Source: a virus (taxonomy: Duplodnaviria > Caudoviricetes). Taken from it: a stretch of 34,207 bases of DNA. Each line of letters opens with the position of its first letter. Position 1 is the stretch's first letter. The position numbers were made by a program, and so were the translations under genes. The notes under the pieces are model-generated. The model was given only the letters and a program-made list of their open reading frames with translations, ran no database searches and had not been told where the DNA came from. This document shows positions 22,598 to 33,301 of the stretch, in pieces. The stretch is taken from positions 1 through 34,207 of IMG/VR virus record IMGVR_UViG_3300037631_000644; one strand, written 5' to 3'.

Positions 22598-25500
22598 ATT
22601 TCTTTTCGTCTATTAATCGTTGGTCTTCCCTTACCTCAACGAAACCAACAAAGAGTTTTAGCTGATGATCCTCTAGCTCATTTAGATCTTTTTCAATACC
22701 AAACTCCTTAGCGTACTGCTTCAGCCTAGCCTTATTGGCGTACTCCCCAGCCCCTAATTTAAACAGCATCAGGGTACGTGTATCCTTGGGGTCAAAGGAC
22801 GAAGAAAGGATATCTTTTACTAGAGCTTTACTCTCTCTTATGCGCTGGTATATGTAGCTCTTACGCTGCGCTGGTGTACCTGATTTCCACTTAGTAGACT
22901 CTATAAGAGCCGCAAACTCATACTCAAGTACAGGGGCAATGATACGCTGTACATCGTTACGAGCCTCAGGAATAGATGATCTTATGTCAGTCTTCCAGTT
23001 GGGTATACCAGCCTCACCAAACGCTTTCTCTGTACTAGATAACGCATTATTGAATCGTATACCAAAGACCTTACTTATTGGTACTTGTGCTCTGTCCGTA
23101 GTGATAGCGTTGTACTTCTCACCCGGCTTTGTGTATAGCTCCATAGACTCCAGCAACTCATCTGCGTATCTAACAGACTTGTTAACCCACTCAGAGCCTT
23201 GCTTACGATCTGGTGCTACATATGCATCACCCTTAACCATAGCTGCAGTCAAGTTAACAGGGTCTAGGAAACGAGTATAGCCTGAGGCGTACATAGATGT
23301 AGAGCCTTGGATAACTTTAATCAAAGCTTCTTTGACCTCAATATCTTCTGTTGTCATAGCTTCCACTAGCAAGTCGAAAGAACCCTTGATCGTATCATCA
23401 AGCTGACGGGTCATGTTCCCTGGACCTAGCACAGTCACGATCTCTCTAAAGGTTTCTTCAGGTACTGTACCGTCTTTGTCAATGTGAGCAGCCATACGCC
23501 CAATAGCCTTGTAGAATATGTATGGGAAGTCATACAGACGGTTACGAATAGACCCATCAGAAGACCTAGATTGATACCATTGAAGACCCTCTTCTAGGTA
23601 ATCTTTTTCGTAGTTGTAGGCTGCACCTATAAAAGAAATACCCACAGCTGTCTTGCTAGCTAGATCTCCTACGTCCCGTGTACCACCCATAAAGATCCTG
23701 TGCGTAAGGCTTATACCAGAGTGGTCCATCATGTGTGCAATAGTGTTGTTAAAGAACTGCCCGAATGGTATCATAGCTCCAACGAGAGGTAGTCGGCTTA
23801 CCTCCTCAACCATGCCAGCAATCTTACCTAGAGTTGTACTGGAGTCAGCATAACTCTTAGAGAATACATTACGCAGTGCGTCTTGAGATGCGGCACTTAT
23901 TACTTCAGCGTAGTCATCCCCCATCATCTTCTTCCACATGTCAGGGTCTTGTAAGAACTCCTTATATGACATGTTATATTTAATACGCATCTGTTTATCT
24001 ACGGCATACATAAACTCTTGAGACTTAGTAGCAACGTCCTGTAGCTTAACACCATAGACAAGCTGGATCTTATCCATAATCTTATCTAGTTTATTACGGC
24101 TAATGGTATTTACTGCGCCATCACCCAGAGCCTCACTCGCTACCTCTGAGAACTCTTCTAGTTGTAGCTTACGGGACAGCTCCTCTATATCAACACCACC
24201 TGCCATGTAGCGCAGCATATCTTTTTGAGCCTGAGGATTAAATGCCAGTATGTCTTGGAAGGCTTCGTAAGTCATGTTAGGGTCTAGTAAGTTACGAGCT
24301 TTTTGTTTCTGCAGGGAGAACATAAGACCTGCCTTCTTAGCGTAGCTAGCAGCGCCTTCCCTATTAAACATAGCAGCGTTAAGAATAGCAGCCCCACCAA
24401 AGAGAGTACCACGCACAATATCAGTAGCGCTCTGCATAGAACTAGCAGTAGACCAACCAACCAAGTTAAGTGCAGTAGTACCAGGGTGTGTAACGAGCAT
24501 ACGAATAAGGTTACGCTGCATGTAGTTAGCAGTACCTAGTATACCTTCACGTACTTTAGTTGTAACGCCGGGGGTTTCAACCTTGATAAGTTCTTCTATC
24601 AATTCCCCTGCTTCTGCGTCTGGTTTGATCTCACGTATCTTGTTGAACACGCTAGATGCATTACGCACAATAGCCATCTTCTTAGCGGCGTCACTGATCT
24701 CACTAGCTACCAAGTCTAAGGCTGTACCTGTTATGGTATTGCCATCTGCGTCTTTGATAGTAGCTTGTTCAAATAGCTTCTTGCCTTTGTAAAGATCTAC
24801 GTTTGCACCAAGCGTATCATCAAAGATGTCTGATAACTGAGCCTTTACATTGTTTGGCATGGCTACCATAAGGTCACTCATCCAGTTCAGGAATCCGTCC
24901 TGAGGGTCACGCTTGGTCCAGTACTTGATACCGTTGTCAGCTAGGCTAGTAGATATACCCTTAAAGAAAGCGTCTTGCCATACTAAGTCATCAGGGATAT
25001 AGTCGCCTTGTTCTACTTCCCGTAGTGGTACACCTCGTGCAGCTTTATCTTTTAGGGTCTCCATCATATCACGGAAACCAGTTAGACTAGCCTCAAAGCC
25101 ATCCATATCTAAATCGTCTAGGGTTTGTGATGGCTCACCTGCTATCTTACGAGCATTAGCTAGGTGTTCTTGTGCCTGATAGAAACGCATGGCCCCCAGA
25201 GAAGATAGGTCTGCTTCATCTAAGTTAAATCCACGTGCGAAAGAGTAGCCTACGCCAAGACCTATAGCACCACCAGCAGCAGCAAAGCCACCTTGCATCA
25301 TGTTGTAACCATCTTGTAGGTCTACGTCATCCATAATGTTTTGATAGATAGCGTCCATACCAACGCCAGCTACAGTGTCTGTAAGACCTACGCCAATAGC
25401 TTCTCTACGTGCAGCCTGTTTAGTAGCCGCTAGAAAAGTTTGTTGCTCTGCTGTTTTTGCTCCAGACTTAAGGGATGCACTAGTCATCAGCTTGTTTGCT

Positions 25501-26186
25501 GCTATACGTTCTTGTTGTTGTACAGCCTGTCTTGCTCCCTCTGAAGCGCCTTTCTTTTTAACTATGTCTAAAGCATATGATCGTGCTGCTTGTTTAGCTA
25601 CTTGACCTGCAGCTTTACTGGCTCCCATACCTGCAAGCTTACCTACACCTAGCCCCACCAACCACATAGGGTCTACGATTAAGGCACGGGCGTAGTCACC
25701 TACAGCGTCAAGCTTCTCCATAGAAGAAGTACCCTCAGAGAAAGCACCCTTCATAGAGTCAAAGGTGTCGTAGGCTGAGGCTGCTTGATTCATAAGTCTA
25801 GTACGTTCAGCTTTATTTTCTGTACCTTTAATCTTATTCAGGTAGGCAAGCTCCTCAAAGGTAGTTACTGACTGACCAAAGCTAAACTTACGCATGTGGT
25901 TAACGTAAGAGTCAACTACTTTATCTCTGCCATGCTTATCTTCAGTCATGCCAAAGTGGTCTTTCATGTAGGGTGCAATCCTACTGTACACATCATCTCT
26001 AGTCAGATCACGCACACCTTCAGGGTCAGCACCCGGCTCTAACATATCGTCAGTCTGAGTGTCTACTCTACCATTTACATTAGCAGCCATAGCCTTATTA
26101 AAAAGACTCTGAGCATCATCTTCCTCTTCAGGCTTAACCTCTACATTATTAGCTAACGCCTTATTGAACAGAGCAGAGCTATCCAT
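22596..26186 (-). CDS. Large internal virion / ejection protein (1196 aa)
   Basis: Last and largest gene of the structural arm; helical, with Gly/Ala hydrophobic segments; position typical of podovirus core proteins. Confidence 0.7.
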   Translation of the reverse strand: MDSSALFNKALANNVEVKPEEEDDAQSLFNKAMAANVNGRVDTQTDDMLEPGADPEGVRDLTRDDVYSRIAPYMKDHFGMTEDKHGRDKVVDSYVNHMRKFSFGQSVTTFEELAYLNKIKGTENKAERTRLMNQAASAYDTFDSMKGAFSEGTSSMEKLDAVGDYARALIVDPMWLVGLGVGKLAGMGASKAAGQVAKQAARSYALDIVKKKGASEGARQAVQQQERIAANKLMTSASLKSGAKTAEQQTFLAATKQAARREAIGVGLTDTVAGVGMDAIYQNIMDDVDLQDGYNMMQGGFAAAGGAIGLGVGYSFARGFNLDEADLSSLGAMRFYQAQEHLANARKIAGEPSQTLDDLDMDGFEASLTGFRDMMETLKDKAARGVPLREVEQGDYIPDDLVWQDAFFKGISTSLADNGIKYWTKRDPQDGFLNWMSDLMVAMPNNVKAQLSDIFDDTLGANVDLYKGKKLFEQATIKDADGNTITGTALDLVASEISDAAKKMAIVRNASSVFNKIREIKPDAEAGELIEELIKVETPGVTTKVREGILGTANYMQRNLIRMLVTHPGTTALNLVGWSTASSMQSATDIVRGTLFGGAAILNAAMFNREGAASYAKKAGLMFSLQKQKARNLLDPNMTYEAFQDILAFNPQAQKDMLRYMAGGVDIEELSRKLQLEEFSEVASEALGDGAVNTISRNKLDKIMDKIQLVYGVKLQDVATKSQEFMYAVDKQMRIKYNMSYKEFLQDPDMWKKMMGDDYAEVISAASQDALRNVFSKSYADSSTTLGKIAGMVEEVSRLPLVGAMIPFGQFFNNTIAHMMDHSGISLTHRIFMGGTRDVGDLASKTAVGISFIGAAYNYEKDYLEEGLQWYQSRSSDGSIRNRLYDFPYIFYKAIGRMAAHIDKDGTVPEETFREIVTVLGPGNMTRQLDDTIKGSFDLLVEAMTTEDIEVKEALIKVIQGSTSMYASGYTRFLDPVNLTAAMVKGDAYVAPDRKQGSEWVNKSVRYADELLESMELYTKPGEKYNAITTDRAQVPISKVFGIRFNNALSSTEKAFGEAGIPNWKTDIRSSIPEARNDVQRIIAPVLEYEFAALIESTKWKSGTPAQRKSYIYQRIRESKALVKDILSSSFDPKDTRTLMLFKLGAGEYANKARLKQYAKEFGIEKDLNELEDHQLKLFVGFVEVREDQRLIDEKK

Positions 26187-28676
26187 TTACAGACCCATCT
26201 CTTTTTGTACTATAACTGAGCCATACTTTTCAACTAGCATATTCAGCAAGCCTGAGTCACCACTTAGTTCGTTAGCTTTCTGTGCTCTTTTAAGACGTGC
26301 CTTATCGCTTGATGTCATCTCTTTAGGTTTCTTAGGCCTTCTTACCAGAGGCTCAACTTTGTTGTCTCGGGCCACCATAGCCTGTTGCTGTCGTGTATCT
26401 CCAGGGAACCTTGGAACAAACCCATCTTCCGCTGCAGAAGGTTCAGTGTCTACAGAATCCTCTGCCTCTGCTGCTTTACGCATCTCAGTGATCTTATCTT
26501 TAAGGGCTTGTAAAGCTACTACCCTATTCTTTTGCCCTTTGCTCTTCATAATACGTTCCCCTAATGTCTCCTCAAAGAGGGATGCTATAGAGGCATTTAT
26601 CATATCTTGAGTATCAAACAGGGACTGATGAATCCTATCAGGCAACTCAGTCAAGAACCTTAATGCTTTTGATATGGACTCTGTTGTGGCTTCCTCTAAG
26701 TTATCGGGTACATCTCCAGGGAACTCTGGGGTAAACTCTTCTCTACTCTGCTCAATGATGTTTGTACCAGCGTCAATACGTGCATTAGCTTCGTCTGATA
26801 ACATCCCCCTAGCGGCAGCAATTATTTCAGAGTTAGTTTTCTTCTCTCCATCTGCGGCCTCTGTTCCTACACCAATCATTTCCATCAAAGAACCAATAGG
26901 ATTTTCTGGACCTGTAAACCAGTCAAAGAAACCAGACTTAACCTCTGCCTCAACTTCATCAGGAACTTCCTCACCTATATTGAGTTGCATGTACTCCTTC
27001 CAACCCATAGCGGCAATGTCTGCTGCTCTCTCAGAGTAAAGCTCTGCGTTCTCCTGTAGTTGACGTGACCATGCTTCAGAGGAGTCTGCTTTTGAGGAGT
27101 TAAACAGACCTCTACCAAAGTCTATAACTGTAGACATAGCATTGGCTAAACCCGCTTTACCTACGTCCATATAGGTATAGCCTTTAGTGTTTACAAAGTC
27201 ACTAGTTTTACTTAAGAAGCCAGCTACTATCTCTCCTCCTATTACAGCATCAGACAACGCATCAGCGTCTTCTGGCAATAGGTATGAGCTATCTTTCCAG
27301 CTATCATCTATTGGTACGTCATCCATAGGTAGACTGGTATATGAGATGGGTCCGAAAGGAGTCATACCACTCTTTGTATTACCGTAGCCTTGATCCACTG
27401 CTGGTGTCATCAGGGGTGCTATCCACTTCTGGAACCTAGCAGACATAGCCGACTGTTGTCGTTCACGGATTTCGTCAATTCTTGCGGCCTCTGCGTCTAC
27501 TTTAGGTTCTGGATCTACTGGAGGTGTAGCCTTAGTATAAGTATCAATAAAGCCTTGTTTAACTACAATTTCTTTACCATCAACTGCAATAGTATCGCCT
27601 ACTTTTATATCACCGTTTTCTACAGCTTTTTGTACAGAGGCCTGTGTATAGGTTATTGGAGTTACTACAGTATTAACTTCGCTACCACGAGGTGTAGTAT
27701 TTAATGTGGGTATTTCCACACCCCTACCTTCTAATGAGGCATCGTCTGCCCGATCACCAGATAGTGTCTTGAAGGTAGCAATGACTTCTTTACCCAGTAA
27801 GAAGTTTCTACTTACCCTACCAAGGCCATTACTCTCAAGCCCCTGTAGATAGGATAAGAACTCTCCGTTAGTATCATAATCTTTAAGGTAGGTATTTATA
27901 GCCGAATTAGGGTCTGACTTTGCTAGCTTCTGAATATCCTGAAGTTTCGTTAGCTCTTCCATTACCTTCTGTACCTCAGGCCCACCTTGCTTTACAAGCA
28001 CACCTAGCTCATCTATCTGCCTCGCAATGGCGTTATCAAACGTACTGTTTACAAGCTTGTTTACCTGACCGTACTCAGTAGGGCTAAGAGGCTTAGGTGG
28101 TAGCTTAATACCTAAAGGTTTACCTGCCTTAGGTCCAGAGCTAGCGGCAATACGAATTAAGTCTTGACCACTGTAGCCACCATAATAGTCAGCATTAATA
28201 ACTTGGTCTTCCAGAGCCTGAGCATCTAAGCCTAGCATAGCACCCAACATGCCCGTCTTACGTTTAACTGGATCTGACTCAGACTTGTAAAGACCATACG
28301 CACGATTAATCACAGTCTCTAAGTCTTCCTCTGGGTTATCACTTACAAAGTCTAGGGCAGAGGTTTCAAGTTCTTTAATGTCATCAGGCGTTAGATCTGT
28401 ACGCTTAAGTACATTCTGAGCGAAGTCATACATACCTCTAACGCCACTCTTGTTAGTGATACCAGTTACAAACCCCTTAGAGAAACCAAAGTCTTGAAGC
28501 TGATTAGCTACAGCTAGCGCATCATTTGCTTTACCTTCAATGTCTACTACAGCCTTTGTACCATAGGTTTGCAAGTAGTCCTTACGTTTCTCCGCTTTAG
28601 CCCTGTAGTACTGACGATCTTCTTCAATTAGCTTAGACATCGTAGCGCCGAAGCCTGCCATAAATCCTGCTGCCAT
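26187..28676 (-). CDS. Putative internal virion protein (829 aa)
   Basis: N-terminal MAAGFMAGFG; acidic and helical; position in cluster. Confidence 0.65.
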   Translation of the reverse strand: MAAGFMAGFGATMSKLIEEDRQYYRAKAEKRKDYLQTYGTKAVVDIEGKANDALAVANQLQDFGFSKGFVTGITNKSGVRGMYDFAQNVLKRTDLTPDDIKELETSALDFVSDNPEEDLETVINRAYGLYKSESDPVKRKTGMLGAMLGLDAQALEDQVINADYYGGYSGQDLIRIAASSGPKAGKPLGIKLPPKPLSPTEYGQVNKLVNSTFDNAIARQIDELGVLVKQGGPEVQKVMEELTKLQDIQKLAKSDPNSAINTYLKDYDTNGEFLSYLQGLESNGLGRVSRNFLLGKEVIATFKTLSGDRADDASLEGRGVEIPTLNTTPRGSEVNTVVTPITYTQASVQKAVENGDIKVGDTIAVDGKEIVVKQGFIDTYTKATPPVDPEPKVDAEAARIDEIRERQQSAMSARFQKWIAPLMTPAVDQGYGNTKSGMTPFGPISYTSLPMDDVPIDDSWKDSSYLLPEDADALSDAVIGGEIVAGFLSKTSDFVNTKGYTYMDVGKAGLANAMSTVIDFGRGLFNSSKADSSEAWSRQLQENAELYSERAADIAAMGWKEYMQLNIGEEVPDEVEAEVKSGFFDWFTGPENPIGSLMEMIGVGTEAADGEKKTNSEIIAAARGMLSDEANARIDAGTNIIEQSREEFTPEFPGDVPDNLEEATTESISKALRFLTELPDRIHQSLFDTQDMINASIASLFEETLGERIMKSKGQKNRVVALQALKDKITEMRKAAEAEDSVDTEPSAAEDGFVPRFPGDTRQQQAMVARDNKVEPLVRRPKKPKEMTSSDKARLKRAQKANELSGDSGLLNMLVEKYGSVIVQKEMGL

Positions 28677-28680
28677 AGTA

Positions 28681-29250
28681 TTAACCCCTTGCCATCAAGC
28701 CACGTGGTGCTTCCTCAACGGGAGCTTCCATCATAGGCATTTCTTCTGTGTCTTGTTGTTCTTCGTCTTGAGGCTCAGACAGCATGTCTTCTACTTGACG
28801 CATAGTCTCTACGCCTGCATCGTCAGCTTCTGACCCTGGCTCTACAGCATCTAACTTCTTACGTAATAGAGCGAGGACTTGTTTATCTTCTTTCTCTTGC
28901 ATCTCAAACTCAGAGGGTTCATCGCCTGTCGTGTAGTCTAAGCCAGCCTCTTCAGCGATAGATACTAGCTCTTCGTAGATGACATCACCAATAATAAGAC
29001 TAACATCTACAGAATGAATACCCTCCATCTGTGCAGTAGTTAATACTGTCTTAGATAGAGCACGAAGAGGAACACCTACTTGGATAAGCTCTACTATATT
29101 GTCGAGAGCCTCAGGGGAGCTTAACCCTTCCATGTGGAACTTGATAGCCTCACGTGGGTCAGAGATCTCAGCGGGACGCTCCCAAGGGTAGTTCTTGGGT
29201 GTGTCCGTAAGGGATTGACCTGCTATAGGGGCGTTTAATAATTGAGACAT
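28681..29250 (-). CDS. Conserved acidic phage protein (APIAGQSLT...YPWERP; C-terminal GLMAR)
   Basis: 189 aa ORF with AAGG SD. Confidence 0.75.
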   Translation of the reverse strand: MSQLLNAPIAGQSLTDTPKNYPWERPAEISDPREAIKFHMEGLSSPEALDNIVELIQVGVPLRALSKTVLTTAQMEGIHSVDVSLIIGDVIYEELVSIAEEAGLDYTTGDEPSEFEMQEKEDKQVLALLRKKLDAVEPGSEADDAGVETMRQVEDMLSEPQDEEQQDTEEMPMMEAPVEEAPRGLMARG

Positions 29251-29266
29251 TGTGTGTTACCTTATC

Positions 29267-30040
29267 TTATAATAGACTGTATACGCCTGCAGCACTACTC
29301 AACCGCTTATTTATATTGGGCTTCCCAGGACGTAAGTAGTACTCACTGACAAGCTCTGTGGCGTCTTCAACAGTACCTGCTTCTTTTAGTTTAGCGATAG
29401 TGTTCATGCCAATGTCACCAATGACAGCATCCTTACTACTTAATTCCTTTTTAAGATACCCGTAGTTAGCTTCATAAGAAGAGAGGTCTAAGCCTTGACT
29501 AGTTGCCCAGCTTTCAAAAGCTTTCCGTCTAGGTCCAGTCCATTGAGCTATACCATACCCGCCACGGCTACCCTCTACTGTTGGTGTAATCTCTTGAGCG
29601 TACTTAAAGTTACCAGTCTCATACGCCAGGTTACCCACAAGACCTGCTGCCTGTTCTTTAGTTAGATCAAAGTCATTCATAAGGTCACCAGACAGACGTG
29701 TAGCTACATCGTAATAGCTACCCTGTGCTATTGCGCCATTCTCTTGATAGTAAGTACCACTGGTAAGCTCAGACATAGCTCCACTCTGAGCCTGTGCATC
29801 CATAGCATCTACCCGTGCATCAATATCCTCAGCATCATAAGCATCAAACGACATAGGAGTACGCTCTTCACGTATAGTATTTAGATAGTCACCAATGTAG
29901 CTTTCTATGTCGTAGTCCTCAGAGCCAGCATCAATGACCTTACGAGACATGATACCACTAGCGCTCTTACTACGTCCACCTATGCTAGGTATATCTGTAG
30001 CTCGTGCTACAATCTCATCTGCTAAGCTAATCTCTGCCAT
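29267..30040 (-). CDS. Virion-associated muralytic enzyme (phage tail lysozyme family)
   Basis: QAAGLVGNLAYETG (catalytic Glu), GYGIAQWTGPRR, YYLRPG. Confidence 0.85.
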   Translation of the reverse strand: MAEISLADEIVARATDIPSIGGRSKSASGIMSRKVIDAGSEDYDIESYIGDYLNTIREERTPMSFDAYDAEDIDARVDAMDAQAQSGAMSELTSGTYYQENGAIAQGSYYDVATRLSGDLMNDFDLTKEQAAGLVGNLAYETGNFKYAQEITPTVEGSRGGYGIAQWTGPRRKAFESWATSQGLDLSSYEANYGYLKKELSSKDAVIGDIGMNTIAKLKEAGTVEDATELVSEYYLRPGKPNINKRLSSAAGVYSLL

Positions 30041-30056
30041 GTCTTTTCTTTCTTAA

Positions 30057-32954
30057 TTAGTTTAATATGATACCTTTGCCAGCAGAGGCACTCATATAGT
30101 TCAAACCACCTTTAAGAAGGGTAGCAAACAAGCCGCCTTGTCCTTGGGCATCTGCATATGCTGCCTGTGCGTCAGCTTTTAGCTCTTCAACTAGCACAGT
30201 AGCCATGCGATCTGCTGCACTCTCGCCAGACGCATAAGCGAAGCTCATAACGTCACGCTCTCTCTGCCAGTATGCGTCCAGGTTAGTAGCAGTCAAAGCA
30301 TTAATAGTCTTAGCGAAGTTCATATTGCTTTCGTTCTGCGCTGCAGTGTTGGCTGTAGATAGAGTCTGACGCCACTGTGCATTTGATTGAGCAATGAGTA
30401 GACCATTCTGTGCGTTAAACAAGTCACGCTGTTGCTGGATCTCAGAGTTAAACTCACGCAGTGCATTCACAGAGTTAACATTGAATTGATCCATAGCGTT
30501 CTGCTGTGAGGCGTTGAACTGTGAAGTCTGACTACGTAGGTTAGCAAAGTACTGATCTGTCTGGTTCTGGCTTGTAGCGTTGAACTGTGCAGCGGCGTTC
30601 TCTGCAGCCTGATCTGTGAACAAAGCCTGTACGTTCTGCTGCGTCTTAAAGATAGCTGTCTGTTGTTCGTTAGACAGGTTAGCCATGTCCATCTGTAGGA
30701 AGCTTTGAGCGTTCTGTACTGCAGCCTGTTGACGGTTGTTGAGGTTAGCCATATCTAAGTTAGACAAAGCTGCAGCCTCAGCCATCACCATAGCTTGACG
30801 GTTGGACAGGTTGTTAAGGTTCATCGTGTTAGCTGCACGTGCATTCTCAAGAGCTATGTTCTGCTCCGCTGAGAAGTTCATGTTAGCTATGTCACCGATA
30901 CGTGCTGAGTTCTGTACACGAGCTTGGAAGCCTTGGTCAAACTCCATGCCAAGGAAAGTAGCACGTTGTTGTGCAGAGAGCATAGCACGTTGCTGACGGT
31001 TTGTCAAGTTCTGGGACTCAAACTGAGCCTGTACTTGTGCGTCCATCTGAGCGATAGGTAGTGCAGCTTCCATTGTAGCTTGGATAACAGCCTGACCAGC
31101 AAGGCTAGACGCACCTAAGCCACGAGCAGAGAGTGTAGCCATAGCTGTACGCATAGAGCCTGCAGCCCATGCAGGTGTTTCACCACCCTCGAACTGCTGC
31201 ATAAGACCTTCTAGTTGACCTGCTACAGTAGCCTGTGCGCTGGGCGTTGCAGTTGCAGCTTGTACTTGCTCAGTAAAGGCAGCAGCACTAGACGCATCAG
31301 CTACAGGGTCAATGAGTTCACCTGTCTGCATCTCTCTGGGCGCAGGGGCTACAACGTCAGTAGCTGTACCCTGTGCGCCTTGCATACCAGTTAATGCTGT
31401 AGTAGTTTGTTGTTGTGCAGCTACCTGTGCGGGAGCAGACACTGTACCCTGTGCAGGCTGTAGTCCAGCTGTCTGAGCCTGTACCTGTGAGTAAGCTGGG
31501 GTGAAATCGTAGGTCTGTGCTACAGGGGTGACTTGTTGGTTGGCTTGTTGTACAGTACCAACTGTAGCTGCCTCTGCGTAGGGTGCAATAGGAGTAGCTT
31601 GTCCAGCGTCTACGGGTACAAAGTCTGCAGCTACTGGCTGAATGTAGGACACAGGCGCTTGAGTAGGTTGCATAGTCTGGGTAATCAAGTTCTGAGTGCG
31701 CTGGGCTTGATCCTCTATAAATGTACCATCACTAGCGTATACAGGCTCTGGCTCCTTAGCACCTCCCATAAGAGCACCCATAGCTTTGACTTTGTTACGT
31801 AGTCCCTCTGAAGCATTCATAAACGCACGTGCAGTATCTATGTCATCGCCTTGCATACCATTCATTTGAGCTAGCTTGATTAGTGCTACATCCCCACCCT
31901 CAGCATAACCACGTACAGTACCGCCTTGGGCCATGCCAGTAGCTTCTTTTTGTGCTACTTCTTGAGGAGTACCCTTACGAACAAACCCCGGCGGTACGTA
32001 GGTGGTAGGGCTACCATTTACTTCAGTTACCACTTGCTGCTGTCCTAAGTTATTACCGTAGATAACTTGCTGTACGCCACCGCCTACTGGAGCTACAAGA
32101 GTAGGGTCTACCAAGCCAGGTGTACCAGCGTAGTGTGTCTTATATGTAGCAGTAGTAGGTACAGCGCTAAGGCCTGCAGTCTGAAGAGGCTTACTAAATG
32201 TACCTGCCTCTTCGTTGCTGATAGATGTATTTGCTGATATTTGAGGCTGGTTGTAGTAGCTAGGAGGTGTTACCTGTTGTGTTACTACTTGAGGTACAGC
32301 TTGTACAGGAGCTACCTCGCCTTGACCTAAGTTAAGTATGTCTGTGTTAGACGAAGAGGTTACAGCAGGCGCAGTAGGTGTAGTAGGTGTAGGGACTATA
32401 GGCTTTTTCTTTTTAGGTAAGTCACCCCACTCAAATATATCAAGCTCGGCTGCATCAAAGGAACCTGCGTTTTCTATAATAGGTTCCCAGTAAGGGTTAG
32501 TTGCTACTAGTGCAGCAGTGTTGACTTTATCTTGAGCCGCTTGCTCTATAGTTTTACCTGTTATAGCACTTGTTGTAGAGGCATCAATGCCTAAAGTTGC
32601 AAGCTCTTGAGTAAGCCAAGCATTTGATCCTGCGCTACTATTCGTTACAACTATTTCATCAAGACCTGCTTCTACAAGTTCTTCTTGAGTAGGTGCATCT
32701 TGCCATCTATCGTAAAGCAATGTGGCCCCAACGTCCTCAGGGGTATTACCTCCATAGAAAGTCTTGTTATCCCCTACGTTGTAGCCATTCTCTGCTAGTA
32801 GGTCATTAGCTGCTACAAAGGCAAAAGAGTTTTCTTGGCTGGTTTCCAGGCCTACAGCCTGATATGCGGCGTCCAGATCTGCTGTTGCTACACCCGTGTT
32901 CTGGGATATAAATACTAAGTCTGCTAAAGCTTTGATGTCTTCTATGCTTGCCAT
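30057..32954 (-). CDS. Gln/Ala/Asn-rich virion protein (965 aa), probable ejection protein
   Basis: Long ANLxNxQQA coiled-coil repeats in the C-terminal half; Pro/Thr linkers. Confidence 0.7.
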   Translation of the reverse strand: MASIEDIKALADLVFISQNTGVATADLDAAYQAVGLETSQENSFAFVAANDLLAENGYNVGDNKTFYGGNTPEDVGATLLYDRWQDAPTQEELVEAGLDEIVVTNSSAGSNAWLTQELATLGIDASTTSAITGKTIEQAAQDKVNTAALVATNPYWEPIIENAGSFDAAELDIFEWGDLPKKKKPIVPTPTTPTAPAVTSSSNTDILNLGQGEVAPVQAVPQVVTQQVTPPSYYNQPQISANTSISNEEAGTFSKPLQTAGLSAVPTTATYKTHYAGTPGLVDPTLVAPVGGGVQQVIYGNNLGQQQVVTEVNGSPTTYVPPGFVRKGTPQEVAQKEATGMAQGGTVRGYAEGGDVALIKLAQMNGMQGDDIDTARAFMNASEGLRNKVKAMGALMGGAKEPEPVYASDGTFIEDQAQRTQNLITQTMQPTQAPVSYIQPVAADFVPVDAGQATPIAPYAEAATVGTVQQANQQVTPVAQTYDFTPAYSQVQAQTAGLQPAQGTVSAPAQVAAQQQTTTALTGMQGAQGTATDVVAPAPREMQTGELIDPVADASSAAAFTEQVQAATATPSAQATVAGQLEGLMQQFEGGETPAWAAGSMRTAMATLSARGLGASSLAGQAVIQATMEAALPIAQMDAQVQAQFESQNLTNRQQRAMLSAQQRATFLGMEFDQGFQARVQNSARIGDIANMNFSAEQNIALENARAANTMNLNNLSNRQAMVMAEAAALSNLDMANLNNRQQAAVQNAQSFLQMDMANLSNEQQTAIFKTQQNVQALFTDQAAENAAAQFNATSQNQTDQYFANLRSQTSQFNASQQNAMDQFNVNSVNALREFNSEIQQQRDLFNAQNGLLIAQSNAQWRQTLSTANTAAQNESNMNFAKTINALTATNLDAYWQRERDVMSFAYASGESAADRMATVLVEELKADAQAAYADAQGQGGLFATLLKGGLNYMSASAGKGIILN

Positions 32955-32966
32955 TATACTTTACCC

Positions 32967-33221
32967 TTACTTATCTAAGTTCATCCATACTGCACCTGCA
33001 ATAAAGGTGAGTATAGAGACTGTCATTACTTTAGTTACTGTGTTCCAGATAGACTTACGAGTATCACGCCAAGCCTCAAGCAGGCTGCGCATCTCAGTTA
33101 TGTCTCTCTGTGCAGAGTCATCAAGCAAGCCAATAGAAGCCAATGCCTCCTTCGCACCCTTACGGGCCGCACGATCAAGCATAGCTTCAAGTTCTTCATT
33201 TGTGATTGTTGTTTGACCCAT
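32967..33221 (-). CDS. Small coiled-coil + C-terminal TM protein (DUF6127-like)
   Basis: ELEAMLDRAARKGAKEALASIGL...DITEMRSLLEAWR + TM. Confidence 0.75.
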   Translation of the reverse strand: MGQTTITNEELEAMLDRAARKGAKEALASIGLLDDSAQRDITEMRSLLEAWRDTRKSIWNTVTKVMTVSILTFIAGAVWMNLDK

Positions 33222-33259
33222 GCTCTTTAGTACCTATTTATTGAGTAGAGGATTGTTAA

Positions 33260-33288
33260 GTTATAACAGTTTTTAGCTTACTTGTCAA
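33260..33288 (-). promoter_or_regulatory. Strong sigma70-type promoter for the ejection-protein operon
   Basis: TTGACA(33288-33283)-N17-TATAAC(33265-33260) with TGn extension. Confidence 0.8.
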
Positions 33289-33301
33289 GCCTTAGTGTAG
33301 T

